From the NCBI GenBank assembly GCA_030602705.1, contig JAUVZF010000009.1, forward strand, positions 94-64,093: DNA of 64,000 bases. Direction: 5' to 3'. The DNA comes from Planctomycetota bacterium. GTDB taxonomy: Bacteria; Planctomycetota; Phycisphaerae; FEN-1346. Position numbers and translations under genes: made by a program. Shown here in pieces: positions 49,493 to 59,641 of this stretch. Position 1 is the first letter of the stretch, and every line of letters starts with the position of its first letter. The notes under the pieces are model-generated. The model saw nothing but the letters and a program-made list of their open reading frames with translations. It ran no database searches and was not told where the DNA came from.

Positions 49493-49713
49493 CCCTATTT
49501 CATGGCCCACGTGCCGCACGCGGTGCATCCCACCCGCGACGTTGGGTGGCATTGTAACGTTCGGCCATGCCGCTTGCCAAACGCTTTCGCCGGCCGCGCC
49601 GGCCCTCGGCCGAGGCGCTATTGAAAATGTGCCGCGCCGCCGTGTATCCTGGAGGCGGTCTGTTGGTGGACGTGTCCCGTACGTGGTCGGGTCCGAGCGC
49701 GGGGAAGATTCCC

Positions 49714-52281
49714 ATGACGGCGCGGTATGCCCCAGGCCGGTTCGTGCTTTTTTGTTTACTGGTTGCCGCACACGTCTCGTCGGCGCCGGCGGGAACCGCC
49801 GCTGCCGAGCGCGGCCAGCGCAATCGCACGCTGCTGGACCAACTCGATACGCCGCTGCTGTTCGTGAAGCGGCTCAACTACCTCGGGATTCACATCTACG
49901 ATACGTACTACAAGTGGCGGCCGGGCGGCGGCATCTACGTTCTGGAGAACCCGTCCGCGCCGCCTGCCGAGCACAGGACCCGGCCCGTCATCGACCCCAC
50001 CATGCCGGAGACGCTCGGCGCAGGCATCTACAGCGATCCCGAACTCTCCTGGGACGGCAAGCGTCTGCTCTTTTGCTACAAGCCCAGCCGGAACGGATCG
50101 ACGAGCATTTACGAGATCGGCGTGGACGGCAAGGGCCTGCGGCGGCTGACCGATCCCGCCCCGTACTGCGCCGCCTACAAGGGCAGAGAGGCGGGCAGCC
50201 ACGACGTGGCGCCGGCCTACCTGCCGGACGGTCGCATCGTCTTTCTCTCGACGCGGCCGAATGGTCTGGTGCCCTGCAACAACACGGGCGTTGCGACTCT
50301 ACACGTGATGAACGCCGACGGTTCCGACATCCACCCCATCTCGGTCAACAACGTCAACGAGTTCGACCCGTGCGTCCTGCCCGACGGCCGCATCCTCTTC
50401 GGCCGATGGGAGTACGTGGACAAGACGGCCCTGACGCAGCAGTCGCTCTGGACGGTCTTCCCCGACGGCACGAACGAGACGGCCCTGTTCGCCAACAACA
50501 TGGTTCACCCCGAGGCGCTGCTGGACGCGCGGCCGGTGCCGGGGGCGCTTCCGCTGGTGGCGGCGTCGTTCACGCGGCACAACTGCCCGCCGCGCGGCAA
50601 GGTCGGGTTCGTGGATACGTGGCTCGCAAAGAACGGGGCCGAGGCGCTGTTCAACCTGGAGGACCACCACCGGCCCACCGTTGACACCGGCGAGTCGTGC
50701 GAGCCCTGGCCCCTCTCGCGAGACGTTATCCTGTACAGCGGCAGGCCACGGGGGCGCAAGTTCAACGCCATCATGATGATCGACCGAGGTGGGCGCAAGG
50801 CGGTGGTCTGCGCAGACCCGAACATCGACTGCCATTCGCCGATCCCTGTCAGGCCGCAGTTGCGGCCGCCCGTCATCGCCCACAACACGCGGCGCGACGA
50901 GCGCGCCGGACGCTTCTTCGTTCAGGACGTTTACCAGGGCCTGACGGGGGTGAAACGCGGTGAGGTCAAGTGGCTACGCGTCATCGAAGAGACCGTGCGC
51001 ACGAGCCCGAGCCCCGGCGGCGCCCTCAACCAGACCTTCCTGATGAGTGCGGTGCTCGCCTGGAGTGCCAAGAACTTCCTGGGCGTCACGCCGGTCGAAC
51101 CCGACGGGTCGGCGTACTTCGAGGTGCCTTCGGGGCGGGCGGTCTATCTCCAGGCGCTCGACGGCGAGGGACGGCTGATCCAGAGCATGCGGACGTTCGT
51201 CCAGGCGGCGCCCGGCGTTACGCGGTCCTGCATCGGGTGCCACGAGTACAAGTTCTCGGCGCCGGCAAGCGCCGCGAGCGCCCGCGCCCGGAAACGCGGG
51301 CCTGGGCGGTTGAGGGCCGAATCCTGGGGCAGCGGGTTCATCGACTATCCGAGCATGGTCCAGCCGATACTGGATAAGCACTGTGTGCGATGCCACGGCG
51401 GCCAAGGGGGGATCTCGGCAAGCCTGGACCTGACGGGTGGGTGGACCGAGTATTTCAGCATCAGTTACGAGAACCTCGTCAGCCGGCGCGAAACGCAACT
51501 GGTGGCCTATTTGATATCGGGCATCGACTGCATGAACGGCACGTCGTACTGGTCGGCCAAGATCTTCCCGCCGCGATTCCACGGCTCCGGGGCCGCGCCC
51601 CTTGCGGACGTTCTCGTCAACGGAGACAAGGGCCACAAGAAACGCTTCACCGGCCTCTCGCGCCCCGAGCGCGACCTGTTGCTGGCCTGGATCGACACCA
51701 ACGGCCTGTACTACGGCACGTGGGACTACACAAGGCACGGGTGCCGCATCAAGGCCTGGGGCGGCATCAAGAACGCCCTGATGGCCCGGATGCAGAAGGC
51801 CGGATGCGCCCGGTGCCACGGCGACGGCAAGCGGATCCCGCGATTCGAGAGCGACTGGTTCAACTTGAAGCGGCCCGAACTCAGCCGCATCCTGCGGGCG
51901 CCGCTCGCCGAGGGCAGGAAGGGTTTCGGCCTCGCGCTGTGCCGCGACCGCAAGGTCGATCCGCGCCGGCAACGCGTCCATTTGCTGCGGACCGGGCGAT
52001 ACGTCCACGGCGCGGAGCCGCTGGAGAAGTTCAAGCCGCAGCCCACGCCGCCACCGCCGCCCGACGGAGGCCGGCCGGTGGCGTCCTTTGCCTCGACCGC
52101 TGATCCGCACTACCGGGCGATGCTGGACATCATCCGCGACGGGCGGCGACAGGCGCTGGCGGCGCCCCGCGTCGATATGCCCGGCGCGGATGTCCAGCCG
52201 GGCAGTTTCCGCCAATTCGTGCCCCACGTATTAAGGAGTGCTGTAGGTGGTTACGGGCATATGCAGGAGGGAGATTCGTAA
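49714..52281 (+). CDS. Secreted HZS-alpha-like multiheme protein, paralog 3 (C-terminus probably truncated)
   Basis: RWEYVD, LGVTPVEPDGSAYF, CIGCH, CVRCH, CARCH; atypical last ~17 codons. Confidence 0.8.
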   Translation: MTARYAPGRFVLFCLLVAAHVSSAPAGTAAAERGQRNRTLLDQLDTPLLFVKRLNYLGIHIYDTYYKWRPGGGIYVLENPSAPPAEHRTRPVIDPTMPETLGAGIYSDPELSWDGKRLLFCYKPSRNGSTSIYEIGVDGKGLRRLTDPAPYCAAYKGREAGSHDVAPAYLPDGRIVFLSTRPNGLVPCNNTGVATLHVMNADGSDIHPISVNNVNEFDPCVLPDGRILFGRWEYVDKTALTQQSLWTVFPDGTNETALFANNMVHPEALLDARPVPGALPLVAASFTRHNCPPRGKVGFVDTWLAKNGAEALFNLEDHHRPTVDTGESCEPWPLSRDVILYSGRPRGRKFNAIMMIDRGGRKAVVCADPNIDCHSPIPVRPQLRPPVIAHNTRRDERAGRFFVQDVYQGLTGVKRGEVKWLRVIEETVRTSPSPGGALNQTFLMSAVLAWSAKNFLGVTPVEPDGSAYFEVPSGRAVYLQALDGEGRLIQSMRTFVQAAPGVTRSCIGCHEYKFSAPASAASARARKRGPGRLRAESWGSGFIDYPSMVQPILDKHCVRCHGGQGGISASLDLTGGWTEYFSISYENLVSRRETQLVAYLISGIDCMNGTSYWSAKIFPPRFHGSGAAPLADVLVNGDKGHKKRFTGLSRPERDLLLAWIDTNGLYYGTWDYTRHGCRIKAWGGIKNALMARMQKAGCARCHGDGKRIPRFESDWFNLKRPELSRILRAPLAEGRKGFGLALCRDRKVDPRRQRVHLLRTGRYVHGAEPLEKFKPQPTPPPPPDGGRPVASFASTADPHYRAMLDIIRDGRRQALAAPRVDMPGADVQPGSFRQFVPHVLRSAVGGYGHMQEGDS

Positions 52282-52419
52282 GATTCGAGTGAAGCACCCA
52301 CGCCGCGGGTGGGGCCGCAGTACCAGGTCGCCGGCCGTATCGCGGGACTGAAACTCTACCGGCGTGCCCTGTCGGTGGAGGAAGCCGCCGCAGCCTTCAA
52401 GGCGGAGAAAGCGCCTTGA
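52282..52419 (+). pseudogene. Orphaned LamG-like C-terminal tail, in frame with paralog 3
   Basis: YQVAGRIAGLKLYRRALSVEEAAAAFKAEKAP* resembles the LamG G.I....Y.RALS..E motif. Confidence 0.55.
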
Positions 52420-52511
52420 CAGGGGGCCGATTTGGGTGTACGGTACATGTAGCCATTGTGGGGATAGGCAGTTCTTTTGACCCTTGGTCGCCGGAGGGCG
52501 GAAGGAACGCC

Positions 52512-53306
52512 ATGCCCCGAATTACCCCCCTTTTGCTGGTTCCGGTTGTGTGCGCAGTATGCGTCTCGCCGGCCTCGGGCACGCTCTTTCTTGAGGACAC
52601 GTTCGACGGGACCGGTCCGCTGGACCCGCTGAAATGGACGGTCACCGAAAGCGCGGCCTGCGTTAGCGTGGGCCGGGTCGGCGGGGTGGCGCAGATGAGC
52701 CTGACGGAGGACTGTGTCGTCCATGACTACGGCCAGGCGATGAGCGTTGACGACTGGACGCCGCCGGCGGTCGGCAGCCTAGACTGGTCCGCCGATTTCC
52801 GAAAGAGCAGTATCGGGGCCGACAAGCCGATGCTGGAGCCGCTGCGCTTCGAGAGTCCTGCCGGCAGCATCAGCGTCTGCCTCATCTACGGGTCGATGCA
52901 CGCCGTGCTGTACATCTTTGAGGACGACGGCTCGATCGGGACCACGGTGGCGCTGCGGGACGCGCCGGTGACGGGCAACCTGTTCGAACCCGGAACCGGG
53001 AACAACTACTGGCAGTATCTGTCGGTGGACCTGGCGGCAGAGGACGTGTCGGCCACGCTCAGCGGCACGCACGACGGTGAGGACTACGAGCAGTACTGCG
53101 CGACCGTGACGGACTACACGAACTACTTCGACCTGGAGAAGTCCCGGCAAGGGAACTTCGGAATGTTGACCGAGGCGAAGGTGCAGGGCGGGATTGCCCA
53201 GGCGGCTGAGTTCGACAACGTGCTGTTGACGCCGGAACCGGCGACGGCCGTGCTGATAGGCCTTGGCGGACTCATCGTGGGCCTTGCCCGCCGCCGGGCG
53301 GCGTAG
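52512..53306 (+). CDS. PEP-CTERM sorting domain protein
   Basis: Signal peptide; FDNVLLTPEPATAVLIGLGGLIVGLARRRAA. Confidence 0.88.
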   Translation: MPRITPLLLVPVVCAVCVSPASGTLFLEDTFDGTGPLDPLKWTVTESAACVSVGRVGGVAQMSLTEDCVVHDYGQAMSVDDWTPPAVGSLDWSADFRKSSIGADKPMLEPLRFESPAGSISVCLIYGSMHAVLYIFEDDGSIGTTVALRDAPVTGNLFEPGTGNNYWQYLSVDLAAEDVSATLSGTHDGEDYEQYCATVTDYTNYFDLEKSRQGNFGMLTEAKVQGGIAQAAEFDNVLLTPEPATAVLIGLGGLIVGLARRRAA

Positions 53307-53392
53307 TCGAGTTCTCCGCTCACAAAAACGCGCGTGCAGGGCAGGGTGCCCCGCACGCGTTCGTCTTGGCCATAGGGCGGTCGGTTTGTGCG

Positions 53393-54253
53393 TTAATCGT
53401 GCTGGGTCGCGGCACCGGCGGCAACGGGCTCGGCCTGTTTGGTCTTTCGGACGATTGTGAAGAAGAGTTTGACCAGGTCGGGATCAAACTGCTTGCCGGC
53501 GTTGACCTCGATCTCGGCCAGTGCCTCCGGCGAGGTCATGGCGCCGCGATACGGCCGGTCGGAGGTCATGGCGTCGTAGGCGTCGACGATGGCCAGGATG
53601 CGTGCGCCAATCGGTATCTCGTCTCCCTTCAGTCCGTTGGGGTAGCCCTGACCGTCGTATCGCTCGTGGTGGCTGAGGATGATGCGGCGTGCGCCGTCGA
53701 GAAAGGCGAGGTGCCGGACGATCTTGGCGCCGCGTTCGCAGTGCATCCGCATGAGGGCGAACTCTTCGGGGTCGAGGCGTCCGGGCTTGTCGATCACCCA
53801 TTCCGGGACGGCGATCTTGCCGATGTCGTGCAGCGCAGCCGCCCGCGCGACCTCCGTGAGTTCGTTTGCTTTCAGGCCGGCCAGCGTCGCCAAGCGGACC
53901 GCCAGTTCCATAACGCGGTCGGTGTGGCCGCGCGTGTAATTGTCCTTGGCCTCGACGGTCTCCATGAGGCTGGCCATGGTGTTGACGTAGTGCTGCTCGA
54001 TGGCCTCGCGGTCTTTGAGTCCGCCGATGGTGACGGCGGCGGCGTCGCTCGTGTCGGAATCCCCGTTCTTGCGCTGGAATCGCGGTGCTCTACTGGGCTC
54101 GCTGCCGGGAACCAGCCTGACGTTGCCGCATATCGCTGGCGGAGTACGGCAGTTGGGCGCAAGGTTCCGGGTGGGATGCTGAGAAATGGCGATCTTGCCC
54201 GGAGAAGCGGCATCGAGGGCCGACATCCCGATGACCGTTGGTCGGCGCCGCAA
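53393..54253 (-). CDS. HD-GYP c-di-GMP phosphodiesterase (start uncertain, recognisable from about 54040)
   Basis: EAKDNYTRGHTDRV, LHDIGK, HHERYDGQGYP, DAYDAMTSDRPYR, QFDP. Confidence 0.85.
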   Translation of the reverse strand: MRRRPTVIGMSALDAASPGKIAISQHPTRNLAPNCRTPPAICGNVRLVPGSEPSRAPRFQRKNGDSDTSDAAAVTIGGLKDREAIEQHYVNTMASLMETVEAKDNYTRGHTDRVMELAVRLATLAGLKANELTEVARAAALHDIGKIAVPEWVIDKPGRLDPEEFALMRMHCERGAKIVRHLAFLDGARRIILSHHERYDGQGYPNGLKGDEIPIGARILAIVDAYDAMTSDRPYRGAMTSPEALAEIEVNAGKQFDPDLVKLFFTIVRKTKQAEPVAAGAATQHD

Positions 54254-54403
54254 GGTTCGGAATTGCTAAAGGCAGGCGGCTTTCTATGCCGAACTAGCGC
54301 AAGCCACAGAGGATAACGTGTTGTTGGGGTTGGGGCGGTCTGGCGCTGTCCTGTGTGGCACCGGCGCACCTGCGGCATGCACCTTCCCCTAAGGTGCGAA
54401 GGC

Positions 54404-56062
54404 GTGAGTCTGCCGCACGAAACAGCCGAACAGGGCGATCCGGCCAACGGCCCGCCGTCTGCGCAGGCCGAGAAAGGGGCTCAGGGCGCCCCCGCCGCCG
54501 TGGCCGAGCACGACCCGGCAGCCACCGAAGAACTGATCTCCCAACTCGGTCTGGAACCGGACATGGTGGGGGGTCACGCCGTTGACCCGGGGGTCGTCCA
54601 TCTCCTGCCCGAGGGCCTGGTCCGCGAGCACCTGGCCATCCCCGTTTGTATGAAGGCCGGGGTCCTGGTCCTGGCAACCTGCTGTGACACCGACCTCGCC
54701 CTGCTCGACCAGATCGAACTCATGACCGGCCACCGCGTGGAGCCGGTCCAGGTGAGCGAGAAGGAGATCCGGCGTACCATCGAACGGTACTTCACCGTCG
54801 ACCGCAGTTTTGCGGAAGGTCTCAGCGACGTGACCGGCGGCGAAAACAGCGACGCCGCAGGGCCGGTCGTCTCCCTGAACGAGCGGCTCGGGGCCCGCCG
54901 CGCCGCGCCGGCCGTACGCTTGGTTGATTCCATCCTGCGAGGAGCCGCACGACGCGGCGCCAGCGACATTCACATCGAGCCCCTCGCGAACGAACTGCTC
55001 GTCCGGTACCGCATCGACGGGGTACTGCACGACATGATGCGCGTGCCGAACAACATTCAGGAAGAGGTGGTCTCGCGCGTCAAACTCATCTCGGCGCTTG
55101 ACATCACCGAGCACCGCGCGCCGCAGGACGGCCGCATCAGCATTCGCATGGAGTCCTCTGACTTCGACATGCGTGTCTCGACGCTGCTGACGGTCGAGGG
55201 CGAGAAGATTGCCATCCGGCTGCTGAACAAGTCGTCCGCCAGTCTGGGCCTCCGCCAGTTGGGCATGCCCGACGAGCAGCGAGACCTGTTCGCCAAACTC
55301 ATCACCCGGCCTTACGGCATGATCCTGCTGGCAGGGCCGACCGGCAGCGGCAAAACCACCACGCTCTACGCGGCCCTGCGGGAAGTGGACTGCAAGCACC
55401 TCAACGTGACCACCATCGAGGACCCCGTCGAGTATTCCTTCGACCTCGTGAACCAGATCCAGGTCAACCCGGCGGTGGGCTTGACGTTTGCGGGGTCGCT
55501 CCGGACGGTTCTGCGGCAGGACCCGGACATCATCATGGTCGGCGAGATTCGCGACACCGAGACGGCTCGCCTCGCCGTCCAGGCCGCCATGACGGGGCAC
55601 CTGGTGTTCTCAACGCTCCACGCCAACGATTCCCCGAGCGTCATGGACCGCCTCAAGGACCTGGGCGTTCCGCCGTTTCTGATCGTCTCGACCCTGGTGG
55701 CGGCGATCACACAGCGTCTGGTGCGGCGGGTTTGCCCGGAGTGTGCCGAGACCTACCAGCCCCCGGAGGAACTCGTGGCCGGAACCGGCCTGGAAGGCAT
55801 CGAACTCAAACACGGTCGCGGGTGCGACATGTGCATGGACACGGGATACCGCGGACGCATGGGCATGTTCGAGATCTTCCCGGTGACCGAGGCCGTTCGC
55901 GAGACGTTCGTGCAGGGCGCCTCCAGCGACGCGCTGAGGACCCTGGGCCGCGAGACCGGCATGATCACCATGCGTGATTCCGCCATCGAGGCCGTCCGCA
56001 ACGGCCACACGACCATCGAGGAACTTCGCCGCATTCTGCCTGCTGAGGATATTGAATCGTGA
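54404..56062 (+). CDS. pilB: PilB/GspE family assembly ATPase
   Basis: ASDIHIEP, PQDGR, GPTGSGKTTTLY, LRQDPD, CPEC...CDMC zinc motif; start uncertain. Confidence 0.9.
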   Translation: MSLPHETAEQGDPANGPPSAQAEKGAQGAPAAVAEHDPAATEELISQLGLEPDMVGGHAVDPGVVHLLPEGLVREHLAIPVCMKAGVLVLATCCDTDLALLDQIELMTGHRVEPVQVSEKEIRRTIERYFTVDRSFAEGLSDVTGGENSDAAGPVVSLNERLGARRAAPAVRLVDSILRGAARRGASDIHIEPLANELLVRYRIDGVLHDMMRVPNNIQEEVVSRVKLISALDITEHRAPQDGRISIRMESSDFDMRVSTLLTVEGEKIAIRLLNKSSASLGLRQLGMPDEQRDLFAKLITRPYGMILLAGPTGSGKTTTLYAALREVDCKHLNVTTIEDPVEYSFDLVNQIQVNPAVGLTFAGSLRTVLRQDPDIIMVGEIRDTETARLAVQAAMTGHLVFSTLHANDSPSVMDRLKDLGVPPFLIVSTLVAAITQRLVRRVCPECAETYQPPEELVAGTGLEGIELKHGRGCDMCMDTGYRGRMGMFEIFPVTEAVRETFVQGASSDALRTLGRETGMITMRDSAIEAVRNGHTTIEELRRILPAEDIES

Positions 56063-57228
56063 GCACCGACGTTCTGGAAAAACCGAAACCTGCCGGACGG
56101 GCCGCCCGAACCGGCCCGGGCGCCAAACCGCCTGCGCGCGGCGGCGGGCCGCCCAAGGACTCCAAGGGCGGCGGCTTCCTTTGGAAGTCTCGCGTCAGCG
56201 AAGGCGCCCTGGTGCCGCTGTGCCGGCACCTTGCGGCCCTGGTGGGCAGCGGCATCAGCCTGACGGAATGCCTGAGGACGTTCGCCGAGGAGACGCCGCC
56301 CGGCACGCTGCGCCGGGTCCTGGCCGACATTATCAACGACATCGAGGCGGGGCGCAAACTCTCCGTGGCCCTTGAGCGGCACCCGGAGCATTTCTCGCCG
56401 TATTTCCGGGCGTCGATCTGGGCCGGCGAGGAAAGCGGCCAGATGCCCGAAACCCTCGACCGCCTCGCCTGCTACCTCGAAAGCAAGCAGGAGACCAGGC
56501 AGAAGATCCGCAACGCCTTCGCGTACCCGATTACGCTGATCGTGGTCATCGTCGGCGTCGTCTCGTTCCTGCTCCTGTACGTGGTTCCGGTCTTCGCGAA
56601 CGTGTACCAGCGGATGGGCGTAGGCCTGCCGCTTCCGACGCAGGTGCTGGTCGATTTCAGCGACCTGCTCATTACGTCGCCGTGGGTCCTGGCTCTGCTG
56701 GTTGGCGGCTTCATCGGGCTGCTTGCCTGGATCCGGAAGAGCCCCGCCGGACGCTTGTGGTTCGACCGGTGGAAGATCCGTGTTCCGATCGTCGGCCCGC
56801 TGCTCAAGAAGATGGTTCTCTACCGCTTCATGCGCTCCTTCGGCGAGATCATGGGCGCGGGCATCCTGGTCCTGAAGGCGCTGGACCTGGCGGGCCAGGT
56901 CACCGGCAACGAGGCCTTCATCCAGTCGCTGGGACCGGTGCGGGCGGACATTCAGCGCGGCACGGGTCTGACGGGACCGCTGCGGCGGACGGGCTGGTTC
57001 TCCCCGTCGCTTCTTCAGGTGATATCGAGCGGCGAGCAGTCCGGGCGCGTGTCCGAGTTGATGGGCCGCGCTGCCGATATCCTGAGCCGCGACGTCGACC
57101 TGACGCTGAAACGCGTCGTCGGACGGATCGAGCCGCTGCTGACGGTCGCCATGGCCCTCATCGTCGGGCTCGTCCTGTTGGCCGTGTATCTGCCGATGTT
57201 CGACGTCATGCAGCACGTAGGTAAGTGA
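56059..57228 (+). CDS. pilC: PilC/GspF inner-membrane platform protein
   Basis: AGEESG, AFAYP, LPLPTQ, GEQSG, IEPLL, YLPMF. Confidence 0.9.
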   Translation: MSTDVLEKPKPAGRAARTGPGAKPPARGGGPPKDSKGGGFLWKSRVSEGALVPLCRHLAALVGSGISLTECLRTFAEETPPGTLRRVLADIINDIEAGRKLSVALERHPEHFSPYFRASIWAGEESGQMPETLDRLACYLESKQETRQKIRNAFAYPITLIVVIVGVVSFLLLYVVPVFANVYQRMGVGLPLPTQVLVDFSDLLITSPWVLALLVGGFIGLLAWIRKSPAGRLWFDRWKIRVPIVGPLLKKMVLYRFMRSFGEIMGAGILVLKALDLAGQVTGNEAFIQSLGPVRADIQRGTGLTGPLRRTGWFSPSLLQVISSGEQSGRVSELMGRAADILSRDVDLTLKRVVGRIEPLLTVAMALIVGLVLLAVYLPMFDVMQHVGK

Positions 57229-57302
57229 TGGTTCGCCCTGGCCGCGCAACGGGCGCCAGCGGGGCATGCACAGAGGAGCATGGAGTTGAAAGGAGTTGTC
57301 AG

Positions 57303-57632
57303 ATGTCCAGGAAGAGAGGTTTTACGCTGATTGAGTTGTTGCTGGTGGTTGTCATCCTGGGGCTCTTGGCTGCTGTGGCCATCCCCCGGCTGGCTGCTTC
57401 TGGGAGTGATGCGAAGAAGAATACCTGCAAGTCCAACATCGCGCTCATCAACTCCCAGATCGAACTGTGGTCCGTCAGCCACGACGGGGTGTATCCGGCC
57501 GACGCAACCGAGTTCAACGCCAACATCCTGAACAACACGGATATCTTCCCCGACGGCCCGCCGGTCTGTGGTTACGGCACCGCCTACACCTACGACACGA
57601 GTACCAAGCGTGTCGAGCCGCACAGCCACTAA
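57303..57632 (+). CDS. Type IV major pilin, copy 1
   Basis: KRG^FTLIELLLVVVILGLLAAVAIP; two Cys. Confidence 0.9.
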   Translation: MSRKRGFTLIELLLVVVILGLLAAVAIPRLAASGSDAKKNTCKSNIALINSQIELWSVSHDGVYPADATEFNANILNNTDIFPDGPPVCGYGTAYTYDTSTKRVEPHSH

Positions 57633-57789
57633 CCGCGCGTCGGCGCGGTCAATGGCGGACCACCAGTAGCCGTCCTGGCGTTGGATTGAGGGCGGAGGCT
57701 CGTGTTTTGGTACGCAACGAGGCGGCGTGCCCCCGGCCAAGTGGGGTACGCAGCCAGGCAAACTGGTCGCATTTGAAGGAGGACGCGCT

Positions 57790-58125
57790 ATGCCACGGCA
57801 TAGGAATAAGGGCTTTACCCTGATTGAGTTGCTGCTGGTGGTGGTCATACTCGGACTCTTGGCCGCCGTGGCCATTCCGAGGCTGGCCGCCTCTGCGAGT
57901 GATGCGAAGAAGAATACCTGCAAGTCCAACATCGCGCTCATCAACTCCCAGATCGAACTGTGGTCCGTCAACCACGACGGGGTGTATCCGGCCGACGCAA
58001 CCGAGTTCGGCACGAACATCCTGAACAATACGGATATCTTCCCCGACGGCCCGCCGGTCTGTGGTTACGGCACCGCCTACACCTACGACCCGAGTACCAA
58101 GCGTGTCGAGCCGCACAGCCATTAA
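57790..58125 (+). CDS. Type IV major pilin, copy 2
   Basis: NKG^FTLIEL; near-identical to copy 1. Confidence 0.9.
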   Translation: MPRHRNKGFTLIELLLVVVILGLLAAVAIPRLAASASDAKKNTCKSNIALINSQIELWSVNHDGVYPADATEFGTNILNNTDIFPDGPPVCGYGTAYTYDPSTKRVEPHSH

Positions 58126-58283
58126 CCGTGCTTCGCCGCGGTCAATGGCGGACCTGGAGTCGGCGCCCTGGCCTCAGATTGAGGGCGGAGGCTCGTGTTT
58201 TGGCCACGCAACGAGGCGATACGCCTCGGGCGGACTAGTGTGCGCACGCAAGTAGCCCCGGCTCATGCGAAGGAGGGCGGACG

Positions 58284-58619
58284 ATGCACATGCACAGAAA
58301 GAGGGGCTTTACCCTGATTGAGTTGCTGCTGGTGGTGGTCATCCTCGGACTCCTGGCCGCCGTGGCCATTCCGAGGCTGGCCGCCTCTGGGAGTGATGCG
58401 AAGAAGAACACCTGCAAGTCCAACATCGCGCTCATCAACTCCCAGATCGAACTGTGGTCCGTCAACCATGACGGGGTGTATCCGCCCAACGCGGGCCAGT
58501 TCAACACCAACATCATGAACAATACGGATATCTTCCCCGACGGCCCGCCCGTCTGTGGTTACGGCACCGCCTACACCTACGACACGAGCACCAAACGCGT
58601 CGAGCCGCACAGCCACTAA
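58284..58619 (+). CDS. Type IV major pilin, copy 3
   Basis: KRG^FTLIEL; near-identical to copies 1 and 2. Confidence 0.9.
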   Translation: MHMHRKRGFTLIELLLVVVILGLLAAVAIPRLAASGSDAKKNTCKSNIALINSQIELWSVNHDGVYPPNAGQFNTNIMNNTDIFPDGPPVCGYGTAYTYDTSTKRVEPHSH

Positions 58620-58752
58620 CCGCGCGCGGGCGCGGCTGGCGGACCAGGCAAGACGGATGACCGCGTCTGACGGGTCGAATCAGGTGCCGGAGGAAAGATC
58701 GGTGTGCGGAATGTACGGCCGTCGTGAGAGCGTCGCGGACAGTGTGAGCAGG

Positions 58753-59238
58753 ATGGCGCGGGCGCGCTGGCGCTGGCGGCGTGCTCCGGCCGGCGTCACG
58801 CTCATTGAGTTGCTGGCGGTGGTCGTGATGCTCGGCCTGCTGGCGGCGGTTGCGCTGCCCCGGCTGGCCGGGGCCAACCTCTGGATGGCCGAGGGAGAGG
58901 CCGCCGCCTGCAAGTGTGCCGCCACGCTCCGCCTGGCACGGCGTATGGCCGTCGAGAACGCCCCTGACAATCCGCTGGGGTACATGGTCGTGTGTACGCA
59001 AGGGTCGTACCGGATCGTTGACCCCAAGGCGCCGGAGGCCGGCGAGGTGATCGCGCTGGCCGACGGGTGGCAGTTTGACAGGAGCGACTACGTGGTGCTG
59101 CTCGACCCATACGGCGGCGCCCGGCCGGCAGTGGGGCTGCCGGACGAACTTGTCATCCGCAAGGGTACCTACAGGTGGATTATCCACCTCGAGCCGGCCA
59201 CCGGGTACGTGTGGTACGAGCAGGGCGAGGAAAGTTAG
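58753..59238 (+). CDS. Minor pilin (FimT/GspH-like)
   Basis: AG^VTLIELLAVV; LRLARRMAV; alternative start 58711. Confidence 0.8.
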   Translation: MARARWRWRRAPAGVTLIELLAVVVMLGLLAAVALPRLAGANLWMAEGEAAACKCAATLRLARRMAVENAPDNPLGYMVVCTQGSYRIVDPKAPEAGEVIALADGWQFDRSDYVVLLDPYGGARPAVGLPDELVIRKGTYRWIIHLEPATGYVWYEQGEES

Positions 59239-59637
59239 GTGCGCTACGCAAGGCGACATCACAGGGGCCTGACCCTGCTGGAACTGCTGCTGGCGGCGGC
59301 ACTGCTGGCCGCGTGCGCCGTGCCGATCGTCGAGGGCACGACCTATGCCCTGGACCTCGCGTATCAAATCGAAACGCGAACACGGGCCACGCTGCTCGCG
59401 CAGCAGGAGATGGAGGCCGCCATGGCCATCGCAGCCGAGGACTTCGACCGGAGCCTCTGGAAGGACTCCGAGGACCTGGGCGACGCCTTCCTCGTCACGA
59501 TCTCGGGCATCCGCGCCGACCTGCGCAAGACCTTTACCGTCGAGGTCGGCCGCGATGCGAACCGCAACGCCCAACTCGACGCCGACGAAGTCCTCGTCGC
59601 GTTTGTGACGCGCGTTGCGGACATGACGACCTACTAG
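59239..59637 (+). CDS. Minor pilin (PilV/GspI-like)
   Basis: RG^LTLLELLL; RATLLAQQEME. Confidence 0.8.
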   Translation: MRYARRHHRGLTLLELLLAAALLAACAVPIVEGTTYALDLAYQIETRTRATLLAQQEMEAAMAIAAEDFDRSLWKDSEDLGDAFLVTISGIRADLRKTFTVEVGRDANRNAQLDADEVLVAFVTRVADMTTY

Positions 59638-59641
59638 CAAG

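Noticed and set aside
49550..49565. LacI-type operator TGTAACGTT upstream of the sugar operon
   Set aside because: Only half-palindromic, and no LacI regulator is in the window.
57626..58640. Integron attC sites after each pilin (TAAC plus hairpin)
   Set aside because: No RYYYAAC/GTTRRRY pair and no integrase; better explained by tandem duplication.
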